From: Actinomycetota bacterium
Lineage (GTDB): Bacteria > Actinomycetota > Actinomycetes > Actinomycetales > Microbacteriaceae
Assembly: GCA_041184065.1 (NCBI GenBank)
Contig: JBEGKM010000001.1
Coordinates: forward strand, 1 to 53,429
DNA length: 53,429 bases
Reading direction: 5' to 3'
The translations under genes were made by a program, and so were the position numbers. Positions 18,474 to 27,418 of the stretch are shown piece by piece. Under the pieces are notes generated by a model that was not told the origin of the DNA, ran no database searches, and saw nothing but the letters and a program-made list of their open reading frames with translations. The stretch's first letter is position 1; each line of letters begins with the position of its first letter.

Positions 18474-20285
18474 ATGACCGCTAAAAAAAGCTTTCCATCA
18501 CCTTATGATCTAGCCGCACCAGCTGGGTCAGAGGGTTGGCAAGATCTGTATCCATATAACTTGGTGTTCCGCGACAACCTCAAAGACAAAGAGAACGAAA
18601 AGTTCTGGTTCTGCGATAGCCAGCACTGGCCAAACGTTTTCAAGCCCTTCGAAACTGTCGGTGTTGAGTTCGCAGTTCGCTGTCTCGGCGCATACAACAC
18701 ACGCCACTACATCATTCCTCCAGCCAACGGCATTGAGTTCCGCATTCACAACGGTTTTTGCTACATGAGCCCGGTTGGCGTTGCCCCAGAACTAATTCCT
18801 GACCGCGTCCCTCACTTCATGGAGCGAGCAGGCTATTACTTCCAGAACTGGAACACCCTTCTTGAAAACTGGAAGAAGAAGGTGCTTGCCACCATCGAAG
18901 AAATGGATGCAATCAACTTCGAGAAGCTTCCCGACATGGTTGACATTGAAGTCATCACCAGTGGCGCAGGCATCGACCCAACTGCCAAGATGATGGCTGA
19001 CTACGACCGGCTGATTCAACTTGCATACAAGAACTGGGAGCACCACTTTGAGTTCTTGAACCTTGGCTACGTTGCCTATCTTGACTTCTTCGGTTTCTGC
19101 AAAGAGTCATTCCCAGGCATTCCTGACTTAGCAATCGCGCGCATGGTTATGGGTGTCGACTCGGTCTTGTTCCGCCCAGATGACGAACTCAAAAACCTCG
19201 CAGAGTTGGCGGTCAAACTGGGTCTCACCCAAAAGTTTGCCGAAAACAATTCGGCTGCTGAAGTTCTTGGCGCGCTCGCTGCATCATCAGAAGGTGTGCA
19301 GTGGATCGCCGCTTGGGAGGCCGCGCAGGAGCCTTGGTTCAACTACACCTCGGGCAACGGCTTCTACGGTTCGGACGTCTACTGGCGCGACAACCTAGAT
19401 CTACCGATGGGATACGTGCAGGACTACGTGGTTCGTGCTGCCAAGGGTGAAACTCTTCACCGTCCAAAAGATGATTTGATTGTCGAGCGCGACCGCATCT
19501 CAGGTGAGTATGCAGAACTGCTCGATGGCGAAGCGTTGGCGACATTCCAAGGCAAGCTAGGCCTAGCCCGCACTGTTTACCCATACGTTGAAGACCACAA
19601 CTTCTACATTGAGCACTGGACCATGGGTGTCTTTTGGCGCAAGGTGCGACAGTTGTCTCGTCTGCTGCACAGCTATGGATTCTGGACCCAACCAGATGAC
19701 ATGTTGTACCTGACCCGTGATGAAGTTCGACCGGTGCTATTCGACCTAGCAACCGGATGGGGAGTTGGTGCCGACTGCATCGCCCCAAGTTACTGGCCAG
19801 AGGAGATTGAGCGTCGTCGCAAGATTGTTGCGGCGCTAGAGACCGCTCGCCCTCAGCCAGCATTTAATACCCCACCGGCAGAAATCAACGAACCGTTCAC
19901 CATCATGCTTTGGGGCATTACAACCGAACAGGTTCAGCAGTGGCTTGGCGGAGACGAGGATGCGACCGGTCTCAAGGGCATGGCCGCCTCACCGGGCGTT
20001 GTCGAAGGCTTCGCAAGGGTCATCACCGGTCCAGATCAGCTAGACCAGTTGCAGCAGGGTGAAATCTTGGTTGCCCCGGTAACCTCACCTAGCTGGGGCC
20101 CGGTCTTTGGCAAGATCACCGCAACCGTCACCGACATCGGTGGCATGATGAGCCACGCAGCGATCGTCTGTCGCGAATATGGCTTGCCTGCCGTAACCGG
20201 AACTGGCTCGGCATCGACCAAGATTAAGACCGGTATGCGATTGCGCGTAGACGGTTCAAACGGCACCGTCGAAATTCTCGACTAG
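18474..20285 (+). CDS. creH: Substrate-binding plus phospho-His swivel subunit of an alkylphenyl-phosphate synthase (CreH-like)
   Basis: C-terminal GMAASPG...GGMMSHAAIVCREYGLPAV mobile domain on a long helical N-terminus; no pyruvate-binding TIM barrel. Confidence 0.88.
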   Translation: MTAKKSFPSPYDLAAPAGSEGWQDLYPYNLVFRDNLKDKENEKFWFCDSQHWPNVFKPFETVGVEFAVRCLGAYNTRHYIIPPANGIEFRIHNGFCYMSPVGVAPELIPDRVPHFMERAGYYFQNWNTLLENWKKKVLATIEEMDAINFEKLPDMVDIEVITSGAGIDPTAKMMADYDRLIQLAYKNWEHHFEFLNLGYVAYLDFFGFCKESFPGIPDLAIARMVMGVDSVLFRPDDELKNLAELAVKLGLTQKFAENNSAAEVLGALAASSEGVQWIAAWEAAQEPWFNYTSGNGFYGSDVYWRDNLDLPMGYVQDYVVRAAKGETLHRPKDDLIVERDRISGEYAELLDGEALATFQGKLGLARTVYPYVEDHNFYIEHWTMGVFWRKVRQLSRLLHSYGFWTQPDDMLYLTRDEVRPVLFDLATGWGVGADCIAPSYWPEEIERRRKIVAALETARPQPAFNTPPAEINEPFTIMLWGITTEQVQQWLGGDEDATGLKGMAASPGVVEGFARVITGPDQLDQLQQGEILVAPVTSPSWGPVFGKITATVTDIGGMMSHAAIVCREYGLPAVTGTGSASTKIKTGMRLRVDGSNGTVEILD

Positions 20286-20306
20286 CCGAAAAGTAAAGGT
20301 AAACCC

Positions 20307-21011
20307 ATGTTGTCCAATTCCCGCTCTCCGATCAATCACCTCGGGCGAGATATCACAAGCAAAATCCCTGCTTTTGATGTAGTGCCTGGCGTTTTTGAAA
20401 TGGCGGAGCGGGATTTGGCAATATGGGCCAAAGCCAAAGAGTTTTTGAAGACTCGCGACAACGATGCGCACAGCCTCTATGCCTATGGAATTGCCCAAGC
20501 ACTGCTGTCACAGATTCCAGAAGCTGACGAACAAATCGTTCTTCCAGCAATTTTGCTGCATGACACAGGCTGGTCTACTGTCGACGAGCGAGAGAACCTG
20601 GAAGCTATTGCTCCTGGAAAAGACGGCAGCCGCGAACATCTTGTTGTTCAGCACGAGAAAGAGGGGGCCAAGATTGCCCGCAAAATTCTTGAAGAAGTTG
20701 GCCTGCCTGCCTCAGACATTGACGAAATCGTCGCGATCATCGATGGCCACGACACGCGCCTAACCGCTATTAGCCTCAACGACTCACTCGTGAAAGACGC
20801 AGACAAGATTTGGCGCGTGACCCCGCACGGCAGGCGAGTGGTCAAAGACTGGTTCGGTCTTGATGACCGGGAAGCATTGTTGCTTTGTGCCTACCGCGCC
20901 TACAACGAATTATTCACTGAGCAGGGGCGTGCTATGTCGAGGGCGCTCGTGAGCGTGGCCTGCATCGATTTGTCGGTTCAAATCGACCAAGTATTTAGAC
21001 GAGAAAGCTAA
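20307..21011 (+). CDS. HD-domain phosphohydrolase (extra CreD paralogue)
   Basis: RDNDAH, LLHDTGWS, HEKEG, IDGHDT and DADKIWR. Confidence 0.85.
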   Translation: MLSNSRSPINHLGRDITSKIPAFDVVPGVFEMAERDLAIWAKAKEFLKTRDNDAHSLYAYGIAQALLSQIPEADEQIVLPAILLHDTGWSTVDERENLEAIAPGKDGSREHLVVQHEKEGAKIARKILEEVGLPASDIDEIVAIIDGHDTRLTAISLNDSLVKDADKIWRVTPHGRRVVKDWFGLDDREALLLCAYRAYNELFTEQGRAMSRALVSVACIDLSVQIDQVFRRES

Positions 21012-21014
21012 CCC

Positions 21015-21764
21015 ATGTTTGATTTTTCAGAGAAGGTCGTCGTTGTTACTGGGGCCGCAGGTGGTCTTGGTCGCGCTTTCGCCGAAGGGTTTGCAGCGGC
21101 AAAGGCAAAGGTTGTGGTTGCCGACATCGACTTAGCAGGTGTCGAGAAAACAGCTGAATTGCTTCGTGCATCGGGTGCTGAAGCGATTGCAATTCAGGTT
21201 GATGTGACCAACAAAGATTCGACCGAAGCCTTGGCTCGAAGTGCGTCGGAGGCATACGGAGCCATTGACGTGCTTGTGAACAATGCCGCGATTTATGCCA
21301 CTCTGAATCGAGCAAAATTCACCGAAATAGACCCGACGGAATGGGACAAAGTGATGTCGGTCAATGTCAAAGGCACTTGGCTTTGCTCTGCTGCCGCAAT
21401 GCCCCACCTGAAAGATGGCGGGCGAATAATCAACATCGCGTCAGCTACCGTGTTCAGCGGCTCACCAATGTGGATGCACTACGTGGCTTCAAAGGCTGCG
21501 GTAATTGGCATGACCAGAGTCATGGCTCGTGAGGCGGGTGGTCGAGGAATTACCGTCAACGCGATAGCCCCTGGATTCACACTGACTGATGCCTCGTTGA
21601 GTTTGATGGAGGATGCCGAGTCATACGGTGTCGAAAGAGGGGCCATCAAGCGGTCGAGCCAACCAGAAGACATCGTTGGGACCGCTTTGTTTTTGGCCTC
21701 TGCAGAAGCCAGCTTTATGACCGGCCAGACCCTCGTGGTCGACGGCGGCAAACAATTCATCTAA
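21015..21764 (+). CDS. creG: SDR alcohol dehydrogenase (CreG-like)
   Basis: TGAAGGLG, VNNA, YVASK and VDGG; position in the cre-type operon. Confidence 0.85.
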   Translation: MFDFSEKVVVVTGAAGGLGRAFAEGFAAAKAKVVVADIDLAGVEKTAELLRASGAEAIAIQVDVTNKDSTEALARSASEAYGAIDVLVNNAAIYATLNRAKFTEIDPTEWDKVMSVNVKGTWLCSAAAMPHLKDGGRIINIASATVFSGSPMWMHYVASKAAVIGMTRVMAREAGGRGITVNAIAPGFTLTDASLSLMEDAESYGVERGAIKRSSQPEDIVGTALFLASAEASFMTGQTLVVDGGKQFI

Positions 21765-21787
21765 ATTCCAAGCAACAGGAGAATCAA

Positions 21788-22111
21788 ATGGCTCAAGTGA
21801 ACTACATCTCACCAGATGGAACCGTAACTACCATCGATGCGCGAGATGGGGATTCGGTGATGGAGACGGCTGTGAAGAACGGTGTCAAAGGCATTATTGC
21901 CGAGTGCGGTGGAGCATGCGCCTGCGCAACCTGTCACGTCTATGTGGATGATGACTTTGCCGCAATTGTGGGTGGCCCGGGTGACTTGGAAGACGACATG
22001 CTTGATGGCACAGCAGCAGAGCGATGCTCGAATTCGCGCCTCTCGTGTCAAATCAAAATGTGTGCCGAGTATGACGGCTTGACCGTCAAGATTGCACCTA
22101 AGCAGGTCTAG
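21788..22111 (+). CDS. creF: 2Fe-2S ferredoxin, putidaredoxin type (P450 redox partner)
   Basis: CGGACACATCH and RLSCQ. The symbol is assigned from gene order. Confidence 0.9.
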   Translation: MAQVNYISPDGTVTTIDARDGDSVMETAVKNGVKGIIAECGGACACATCHVYVDDDFAAIVGGPGDLEDDMLDGTAAERCSNSRLSCQIKMCAEYDGLTVKIAPKQV

Positions 22112-22113
22112 AA

Positions 22114-23358
22114 ATGGCTGAGCAGGTGCTTATTGTTGGGGCGGGGCAGGCAGGCATGCAGGTTGCGGTTTCACTTCGCGAACTCAACTACAAGGGTGAA
22201 ATAACCATTGTCGGCGAAGAGCCCTATGCTCCTTATCAGCGCCCGCCGCTATCCAAGGCGTTCTTGGCAGGCGAAGCAGACATCGAATCCCTTGAATTTC
22301 GATCCCCAGATTTTTACAGTGCAAACGACATCAAAGTTGTCATCGGCGAGAAAATCACCGATGTTGCTATTTCCGGTGGCAAGGGTGTCGCGCACGGTTC
22401 AAATGGGCGGGTACATAATTTTGACCGCCTTGTTATAGCCCCAGGGTCGGCACCACGCCGATTGACCATAGCCGGCAGCGAATTGGATGGAGTGCTTTAC
22501 TTACGCAGCATCGCCGATGCCGAAGCTTTGAAGGCTCGCTGGGCAGAGGCAAAAAACGTGGTTGTCGTTGGCGGCGGATTCATAGGACTAGAGGTGGCCG
22601 CACAGGCGACTAAGGCCGGAAAACGAGCAACTGTGCTCGAAGCAGCGGATCGCCTTATTGCGAGAGCTGTCTCTCCATTGACCAGCGAATATTTGCGATC
22701 AGCGCATGAGCGGAGGGGTGCTTCGGTGAGGCTCTCGGCCTCGATTGAATCATTTGAGGGCTCGAACGGCAGGGTCTCCGGTGTTCGACTTGTCGACGGC
22801 GAAGTAATTCCGGCCGACATCGTCATGGTAGGGATTGGAGTGATGGCCCGCGGCGAGTTGGCAGAAAAACTCGGGCTCGAGACATCAAATGGCGCCATTG
22901 TGGTCAATGAATTTGCCGAAACATCAAATCCCACTGTGCTTGCCGCTGGCGACGCAGTTCTACTTCCACACCCATTGGGCTTTGGAAATCAGGTTCGCCT
23001 TGAATCGGTGCAGAACGCTGTTGACCAGGCAAAGGTGGTTGCGTCTACGATCGCGGGGGAGCGTGAGCCATATCATGCTGTTCCCTGGTTTTGGTCAGAT
23101 CAAGCCGATATCAAATTACAAATCGCGGGTTTGTCCACCGGGTTTGACCAAACGGTTTTGCGAGGAAATCCTGACGATGACAAATTCTCGGTTTTGTATT
23201 ACCGAGATGGAAAACTTCTGGCCATAGATGCTGTCAACGACCCCTCGGATTACATGGCTGTTCGCCGGGCGCTGGGTGCGGGAGCCCAAATCGATCCTCG
23301 AGCGGCGGCCGATTCAGCAGTGGCATTGAAAAATCTAATCATTAGCTCGGATGCTTAG
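22114..23358 (+). CDS. creE: NAD(P)H-ferredoxin reductase, putidaredoxin-reductase type
   Basis: GAGQAG, YQRPPLSK, GGGFIGLE, RLESVQNA and PWFWSDQ. The symbol is assigned from gene order. Confidence 0.9.
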   Translation: MAEQVLIVGAGQAGMQVAVSLRELNYKGEITIVGEEPYAPYQRPPLSKAFLAGEADIESLEFRSPDFYSANDIKVVIGEKITDVAISGGKGVAHGSNGRVHNFDRLVIAPGSAPRRLTIAGSELDGVLYLRSIADAEALKARWAEAKNVVVVGGGFIGLEVAAQATKAGKRATVLEAADRLIARAVSPLTSEYLRSAHERRGASVRLSASIESFEGSNGRVSGVRLVDGEVIPADIVMVGIGVMARGELAEKLGLETSNGAIVVNEFAETSNPTVLAAGDAVLLPHPLGFGNQVRLESVQNAVDQAKVVASTIAGEREPYHAVPWFWSDQADIKLQIAGLSTGFDQTVLRGNPDDDKFSVLYYRDGKLLAIDAVNDPSDYMAVRRALGAGAQIDPRAAADSAVALKNLIISSDA

Positions 23359-23368
23359 GAGGCACCAA

Positions 23369-24013
23369 GTGCAAGACCAAAAAACCAAAACCATAACCCT
23401 TGCCAATGGTGATTCTCCGAGGGGATCTTGGGCAAATGTGGATGGCGTTTGGCGTGCTGCGACTCAGGCGCTGCGGGCTAGATCGAACGACATTCACACG
23501 CCGCTATCTTTTACATTCGCCGAACTCTTGCTCGACGCCCATCCAGAGGCTGACCCTGAAATAGTTCGAGTAGCAATTTTGCTGCACGACAGCGGATGGT
23601 CGCGTGTCGACGAGAGCCGAATTTTCACAGAGGGCTTTCAAGGTGATTGGCGAAAGAGCGATGTCAGATTCTTGCATGAACTAGAGGGTTGTAACATCGC
23701 ACGTGAAATCTTGCCGGGTCTTGGTTACAGCGACGAGTTCATCGAAAAGGTCACATTAATTATTGATGGACATGACACGAGACCAGAGTACAAATCGATA
23801 GAGGACGCACTCGTGCGAGACGCTGATCGACTCTGGAGATTCACTCCTGCTGGCATTGCGTTGGCGTCGGGTTGGTTCAAGAAAACGCCAAGCCAGTATC
23901 GCCTTCAACTTGAGCAAAGCACTTTCCCCGAGCTGATCACCGAGCGCGCTAGAGAGCTGGCGACAGCCGAACTGGAGCGCTCTGTTCAACTTCTTAAGCT
24001 CGACGTTCTCTAG
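23369..24013 (+). CDS. creD: HD-domain phosphohydrolase (CreD-like)
   Basis: RSNDIH, LLHDSGWS, HELEG, IDGHDT and DADRLWR. GTG at 23369 follows AGGAGG; the track start is 23351. Confidence 0.85.
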   Translation: MQDQKTKTITLANGDSPRGSWANVDGVWRAATQALRARSNDIHTPLSFTFAELLLDAHPEADPEIVRVAILLHDSGWSRVDESRIFTEGFQGDWRKSDVRFLHELEGCNIAREILPGLGYSDEFIEKVTLIIDGHDTRPEYKSIEDALVRDADRLWRFTPAGIALASGWFKKTPSQYRLQLEQSTFPELITERARELATAELERSVQLLKLDVL

Positions 24014-24026
24014 GCCGGAGTTGGCT

Positions 24027-25478
24027 ATGCTGCATGAATATCACGACGACTTATACATCGGCGGAGAGTGGGTAAAAGCCCATTCCTCCGACTCAATTGA
24101 TGTAATCAACCCAGCAACTGAAGAGGTTTGGGGTCGCGTGCCAGATGCTGACGGGAATGACGTCGACATGGCTGTGAAGGCTGCCCACAGTGCTTTCAAT
24201 CGTTCCGGCTGGTCAGACCTAAGTGCAGCGCAACGAGCCGAATACATGGTGAAGCTGGCAGACGCCCTCGAAGCTCGGTCCGAGAAAATGGCAACTTTCA
24301 TCACCTCAGAAAACGGCACACCAATTTCAGAGACAAAGGCTGCCGCCAGTCATTCGGCAGGCATCCTTCGCTATCACGCCACTTTGGCCGAATATGTTGA
24401 CCAAGTAGATGTGCGACCTTACCCATACTCACCAAATAACTACACGGTCGTTCGCCGTGAGCCCAAAGGCGTTGCGGTCCTAATCGCGCCTTGGAACTTT
24501 CCGCTTACCCTGGTTATGGTAAAACTGGCCCCAGCGTTAATCGCAGGCTGCACAGTTGTGATCAAGCCAGCGTCAGAGACTCCGCTTGATCTACGCGTTT
24601 TAATTGAAGCTGTTGAAGATGCTGGCATTCCAGCCGGAGTCGTGAACCTCGTGACCGGGTCGCGTGTTACCGGTGCCGCCCTAGTCACTCATCCACTAGT
24701 CGCTAAGGTTGCTTTTACCGGTTCGACAGAAGCCGGCAAAATGATTGCTCAACAATGTGGTCTCTTATTGCGCCCGGTAACGCTTGAGCTGGGAGGCAAG
24801 AGCGCCAGCATCATTTTGCCCGATGCAAATCTCGATGACTTTGCGGCGATCATGAACCGCACCTGCCTTCGCAACACCGGCCAAACGTGTTACAACTCAA
24901 CGAGGATTTTGGCACCTAGATCAATTTACGGAGAAGTTGTTGATCTTGTAGCCAGCACCGTGGCTTCGACTTCGATCGGCGATCCGTTTGATGCCGCAAC
25001 TGTTTACGGTCCTTCTGCCTCGGCGCGGCAAAGAGACACCGTGGAACGTTACATTCAAATCGGAAAAGACGAGGGCGCTCGTGTTGTGGTTGGGGGCGGT
25101 GGCAAACCTGAGGGAATCGACCGCGGTTTTTACGTCAAGCCGACCGTTTTTGCAGATGTAGAAAACCGAATGCGAATTGCTCAAGAGGAAATCTTTGGCC
25201 CGGTTTTGGTTGTCATCCCATTTGAAGACGAAGCCGATGCCGTTCGAATCGCCAATGATTCTGCCTATGGTTTAGGTGGCTCAATTTTCAGCTCTGACCC
25301 AGAACGCGCTCAGAAAATGGCCGAGCAAATCGAGACTGGCTCGGTGGGCATCAACTTTTTCGGCTCAAACCTTGCAGCACCTTTTGGCGGCTGGAAAGAC
25401 AGCGGAATCGGCATGGAATATGGACCTGAAGGCGTGAACGCCTACCTAAAGCTGAAGTCGATTCACCGTCTTGGGTAG
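24027..25478 (+). CDS. creC: Aromatic aldehyde dehydrogenase (CreC-like)
   Basis: APWNFP, FTGSTEAG, LELGGKS, GQTC, EEIFGP and PFGGWK. ATG 24027 follows GGAG; the track start is TTG 24021. Confidence 0.88.
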   Translation: MLHEYHDDLYIGGEWVKAHSSDSIDVINPATEEVWGRVPDADGNDVDMAVKAAHSAFNRSGWSDLSAAQRAEYMVKLADALEARSEKMATFITSENGTPISETKAAASHSAGILRYHATLAEYVDQVDVRPYPYSPNNYTVVRREPKGVAVLIAPWNFPLTLVMVKLAPALIAGCTVVIKPASETPLDLRVLIEAVEDAGIPAGVVNLVTGSRVTGAALVTHPLVAKVAFTGSTEAGKMIAQQCGLLLRPVTLELGGKSASIILPDANLDDFAAIMNRTCLRNTGQTCYNSTRILAPRSIYGEVVDLVASTVASTSIGDPFDAATVYGPSASARQRDTVERYIQIGKDEGARVVVGGGGKPEGIDRGFYVKPTVFADVENRMRIAQEEIFGPVLVVIPFEDEADAVRIANDSAYGLGGSIFSSDPERAQKMAEQIETGSVGINFFGSNLAAPFGGWKDSGIGMEYGPEGVNAYLKLKSIHRLG

Positions 25479-25505
25479 ACCCCAAAGGTTGTTGCTCGCC
25501 TTCGA

Positions 25506-26339
25506 TTAGAAAGGCTCGATGCCGAAAGCCTTGGCCAGCTTGTCGATCTTTTCGGCTCGGGCCAGGCGAGGCAGGTCTGAACCATCGCGAATCACTCGGC
25601 CGCCGGCCTCGAAGTCGTTCATAAAGTCGCGAGCCCAGGTCACATCGGCTTGGTTTGGGCAGATGGTCTCGTTGATCACCGGAATCTGGCTTGGGTCTAC
25701 CGAAAGTTTGCCGGTGAGGCCCAAAATTACCGCGTGTTCTGAGCCTTCGCGAAGTTGTGGGTGGCTGGTGGTGATGGTTGGGCCATCGATTGGGCCAGGC
25801 AAGCCACCGATTCGGCTAGCCACCACGAGGCGTGATCGCGGGTAAAGCATGGCCATATTGTCGGCGGCGGTTCCCGTGTCGCGGCGATAGTCGCCACTGC
25901 CGAAGGCGAGCCTGAAGGCACCCTTTGCGCAGGCAATGTTGCGGGCTTCTTCAATTCCAAGCGCCGATTCAACAAGCGCAATAATCGGCACGTTGCCACC
26001 AAGCGCTTCGTTGGTGTCTTCGACGTGCGATGCGTCTTCGGTCTTAGCCAACATCACGCCCTGTAGGTTTTTGACATCTTTCAATCGGGCGCAGTCGGCA
26101 GCCCAAAATGGTGTTAGTCGGTCATTGATTCGAACCCAGGCCTTGCCGCCAGCTTCTAGCCAGGCAACCACTGCCTCTAGTGCGGCTGGTTTGTCTTTTG
26201 GGTCAACGGCATCTTCAACGTCGAGAATGATTTGGTCGGCGCGCGAAGCGGCAGCCTTGTCAAAAATCTCTGGCTTGTTGCCATTTACCAAGAGCCATGA
26301 TCGTGAAATATCTGCCGGTACTTTTTTTGCCGTTGCCAT
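25506..26339 (-). CDS. CitE-like HpcH/HpaI aldolase/citrate lyase family protein
   Basis: RSWLLV, LDVEDAV, WVRIN, MLAK, LVESALG and FGSGD. Confidence 0.85.
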   Translation of the reverse strand: MATAKKVPADISRSWLLVNGNKPEIFDKAAASRADQIILDVEDAVDPKDKPAALEAVVAWLEAGGKAWVRINDRLTPFWAADCARLKDVKNLQGVMLAKTEDASHVEDTNEALGGNVPIIALVESALGIEEARNIACAKGAFRLAFGSGDYRRDTGTAADNMAMLYPRSRLVVASRIGGLPGPIDGPTITTSHPQLREGSEHAVILGLTGKLSVDPSQIPVINETICPNQADVTWARDFMNDFEAGGRVIRDGSDLPRLARAEKIDKLAKAFGIEPF

Positions 26340-26464
26340 TTAAATCTCCGCGTGAATTCGTCTTTGAATTGTTCTGCTTCTATCCTTGCCTGAAAATCTG
26401 TCTGCAGGCGCAAAACCGCCCTCGTTCGCAATGATTACAGGTATTAGCAAAAGGTGAGAACCGT

Positions 26465-27412
26465 TTACTTAGTGATGAAGGTCACCATTTGCTCGAGGGT
26501 CCAATCCATTGACTTGCAGTCTGCTGGCAGCCAATTCAGGTGCCCGTGCAAAGCGCCCTCTGCGGTGAGCTGTTTCGTTTCAACGCCTGCAGCCACAAGC
26601 TGGTTGAAATATTGCTCGCCAGATGCGCGCAGCGAATCATATTCGCTGTTGATGATTAGCGTCTCGGTCAGGCCACCAAGGTTGTCAAAGTCGCCTGGAT
26701 AGCAGTAGTAGCTTGGGTCGGCTTGAGCGGGAGCCAATTGAACGTTTAGCCAGGCCATGAACGGCGGATTGAAAACCAGCTGGCTAGGGATTTCGGCAAG
26801 TTTTTCTGACAGCTCTTCGGAAAGCTCTGGCAGAACCTCGTGAACGATGGGATAAACCAAGATGCTGCGGAAGCCGCTCAACTCGTTGCGATCACGCAAC
26901 TGCAACATCACCGAGGCGGTCAAGCAAGCCCCCGCAGAAGCGCCAGAAACCGTGATGCGATTTGCATCGACGTCCAGGGTCGAAGCGTTGTCTCTAAACC
27001 ACTGCGCCGCGGCTAGGCCATCAATTTGCCCGGTCGGAAACTTTCGTTCGGGCGTGACCAGGCGGTAATCGACCGACATTACGACAGCACCGGCTCGGTG
27101 GGCTAATTCTCGCGAGGCAATCTCAGCCTCGTTCATGTCTAGATCACCGAACATGAATGCGCCGCCGTGAAACCAAACCAAACCGGGCGCTTGGCCATCT
27201 AGGTTCTCGGGGCGATAAATGCGCACCGGAATTTCGCCCTGGGGCCCGGGAATAGTGCGGTGTTCGATGTGAAGCGCAGGCGACACATATTCACTGAGAG
27301 GCTGGTTGTATTCGGCGCCAATCAGACCCATCCAGTCCATCTCGCCCGCATCGGCCGGCAACTTGTCGAATAGGTCAAATTTTGCGGCAAATAGCGGGTC
27401 AACCGGAGACAT
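26465..27412 (-). CDS. Alpha/beta hydrolase, HSL-family esterase
   Basis: HGGAF oxyanion motif, VDYRL, GASAG nucleophile, YDSL and HG catalytic residues. Confidence 0.9.
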   Translation of the reverse strand: MSPVDPLFAAKFDLFDKLPADAGEMDWMGLIGAEYNQPLSEYVSPALHIEHRTIPGPQGEIPVRIYRPENLDGQAPGLVWFHGGAFMFGDLDMNEAEIASRELAHRAGAVVMSVDYRLVTPERKFPTGQIDGLAAAQWFRDNASTLDVDANRITVSGASAGACLTASVMLQLRDRNELSGFRSILVYPIVHEVLPELSEELSEKLAEIPSQLVFNPPFMAWLNVQLAPAQADPSYYCYPGDFDNLGGLTETLIINSEYDSLRASGEQYFNQLVAAGVETKQLTAEGALHGHLNWLPADCKSMDWTLEQMVTFITK

Positions 27413-27418
27413 CGTTGT

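Noticed and set aside
17352-20285. Frameshifted PEP synthase pseudogene or rifampicin phosphotransferase
   Set aside because: Two clean ORFs with a 51-bp spacer, no pyruvate-binding barrel, and a P450/HD context matching the two-subunit CreHI arrangement.
20307-25478. Impression of different codon usage in the distal cre genes, suggesting recent acquisition
   Set aside because: Not quantifiable by eye; it needs codon-usage and tetranucleotide computation, and low expression could explain it.
25506-26339. CitE-like gene as part of the catabolic system
   Set aside because: Separated from the rha operon by about 125 bp, convergent with the cre operon and common in Actinobacteria; no sequence evidence links it.
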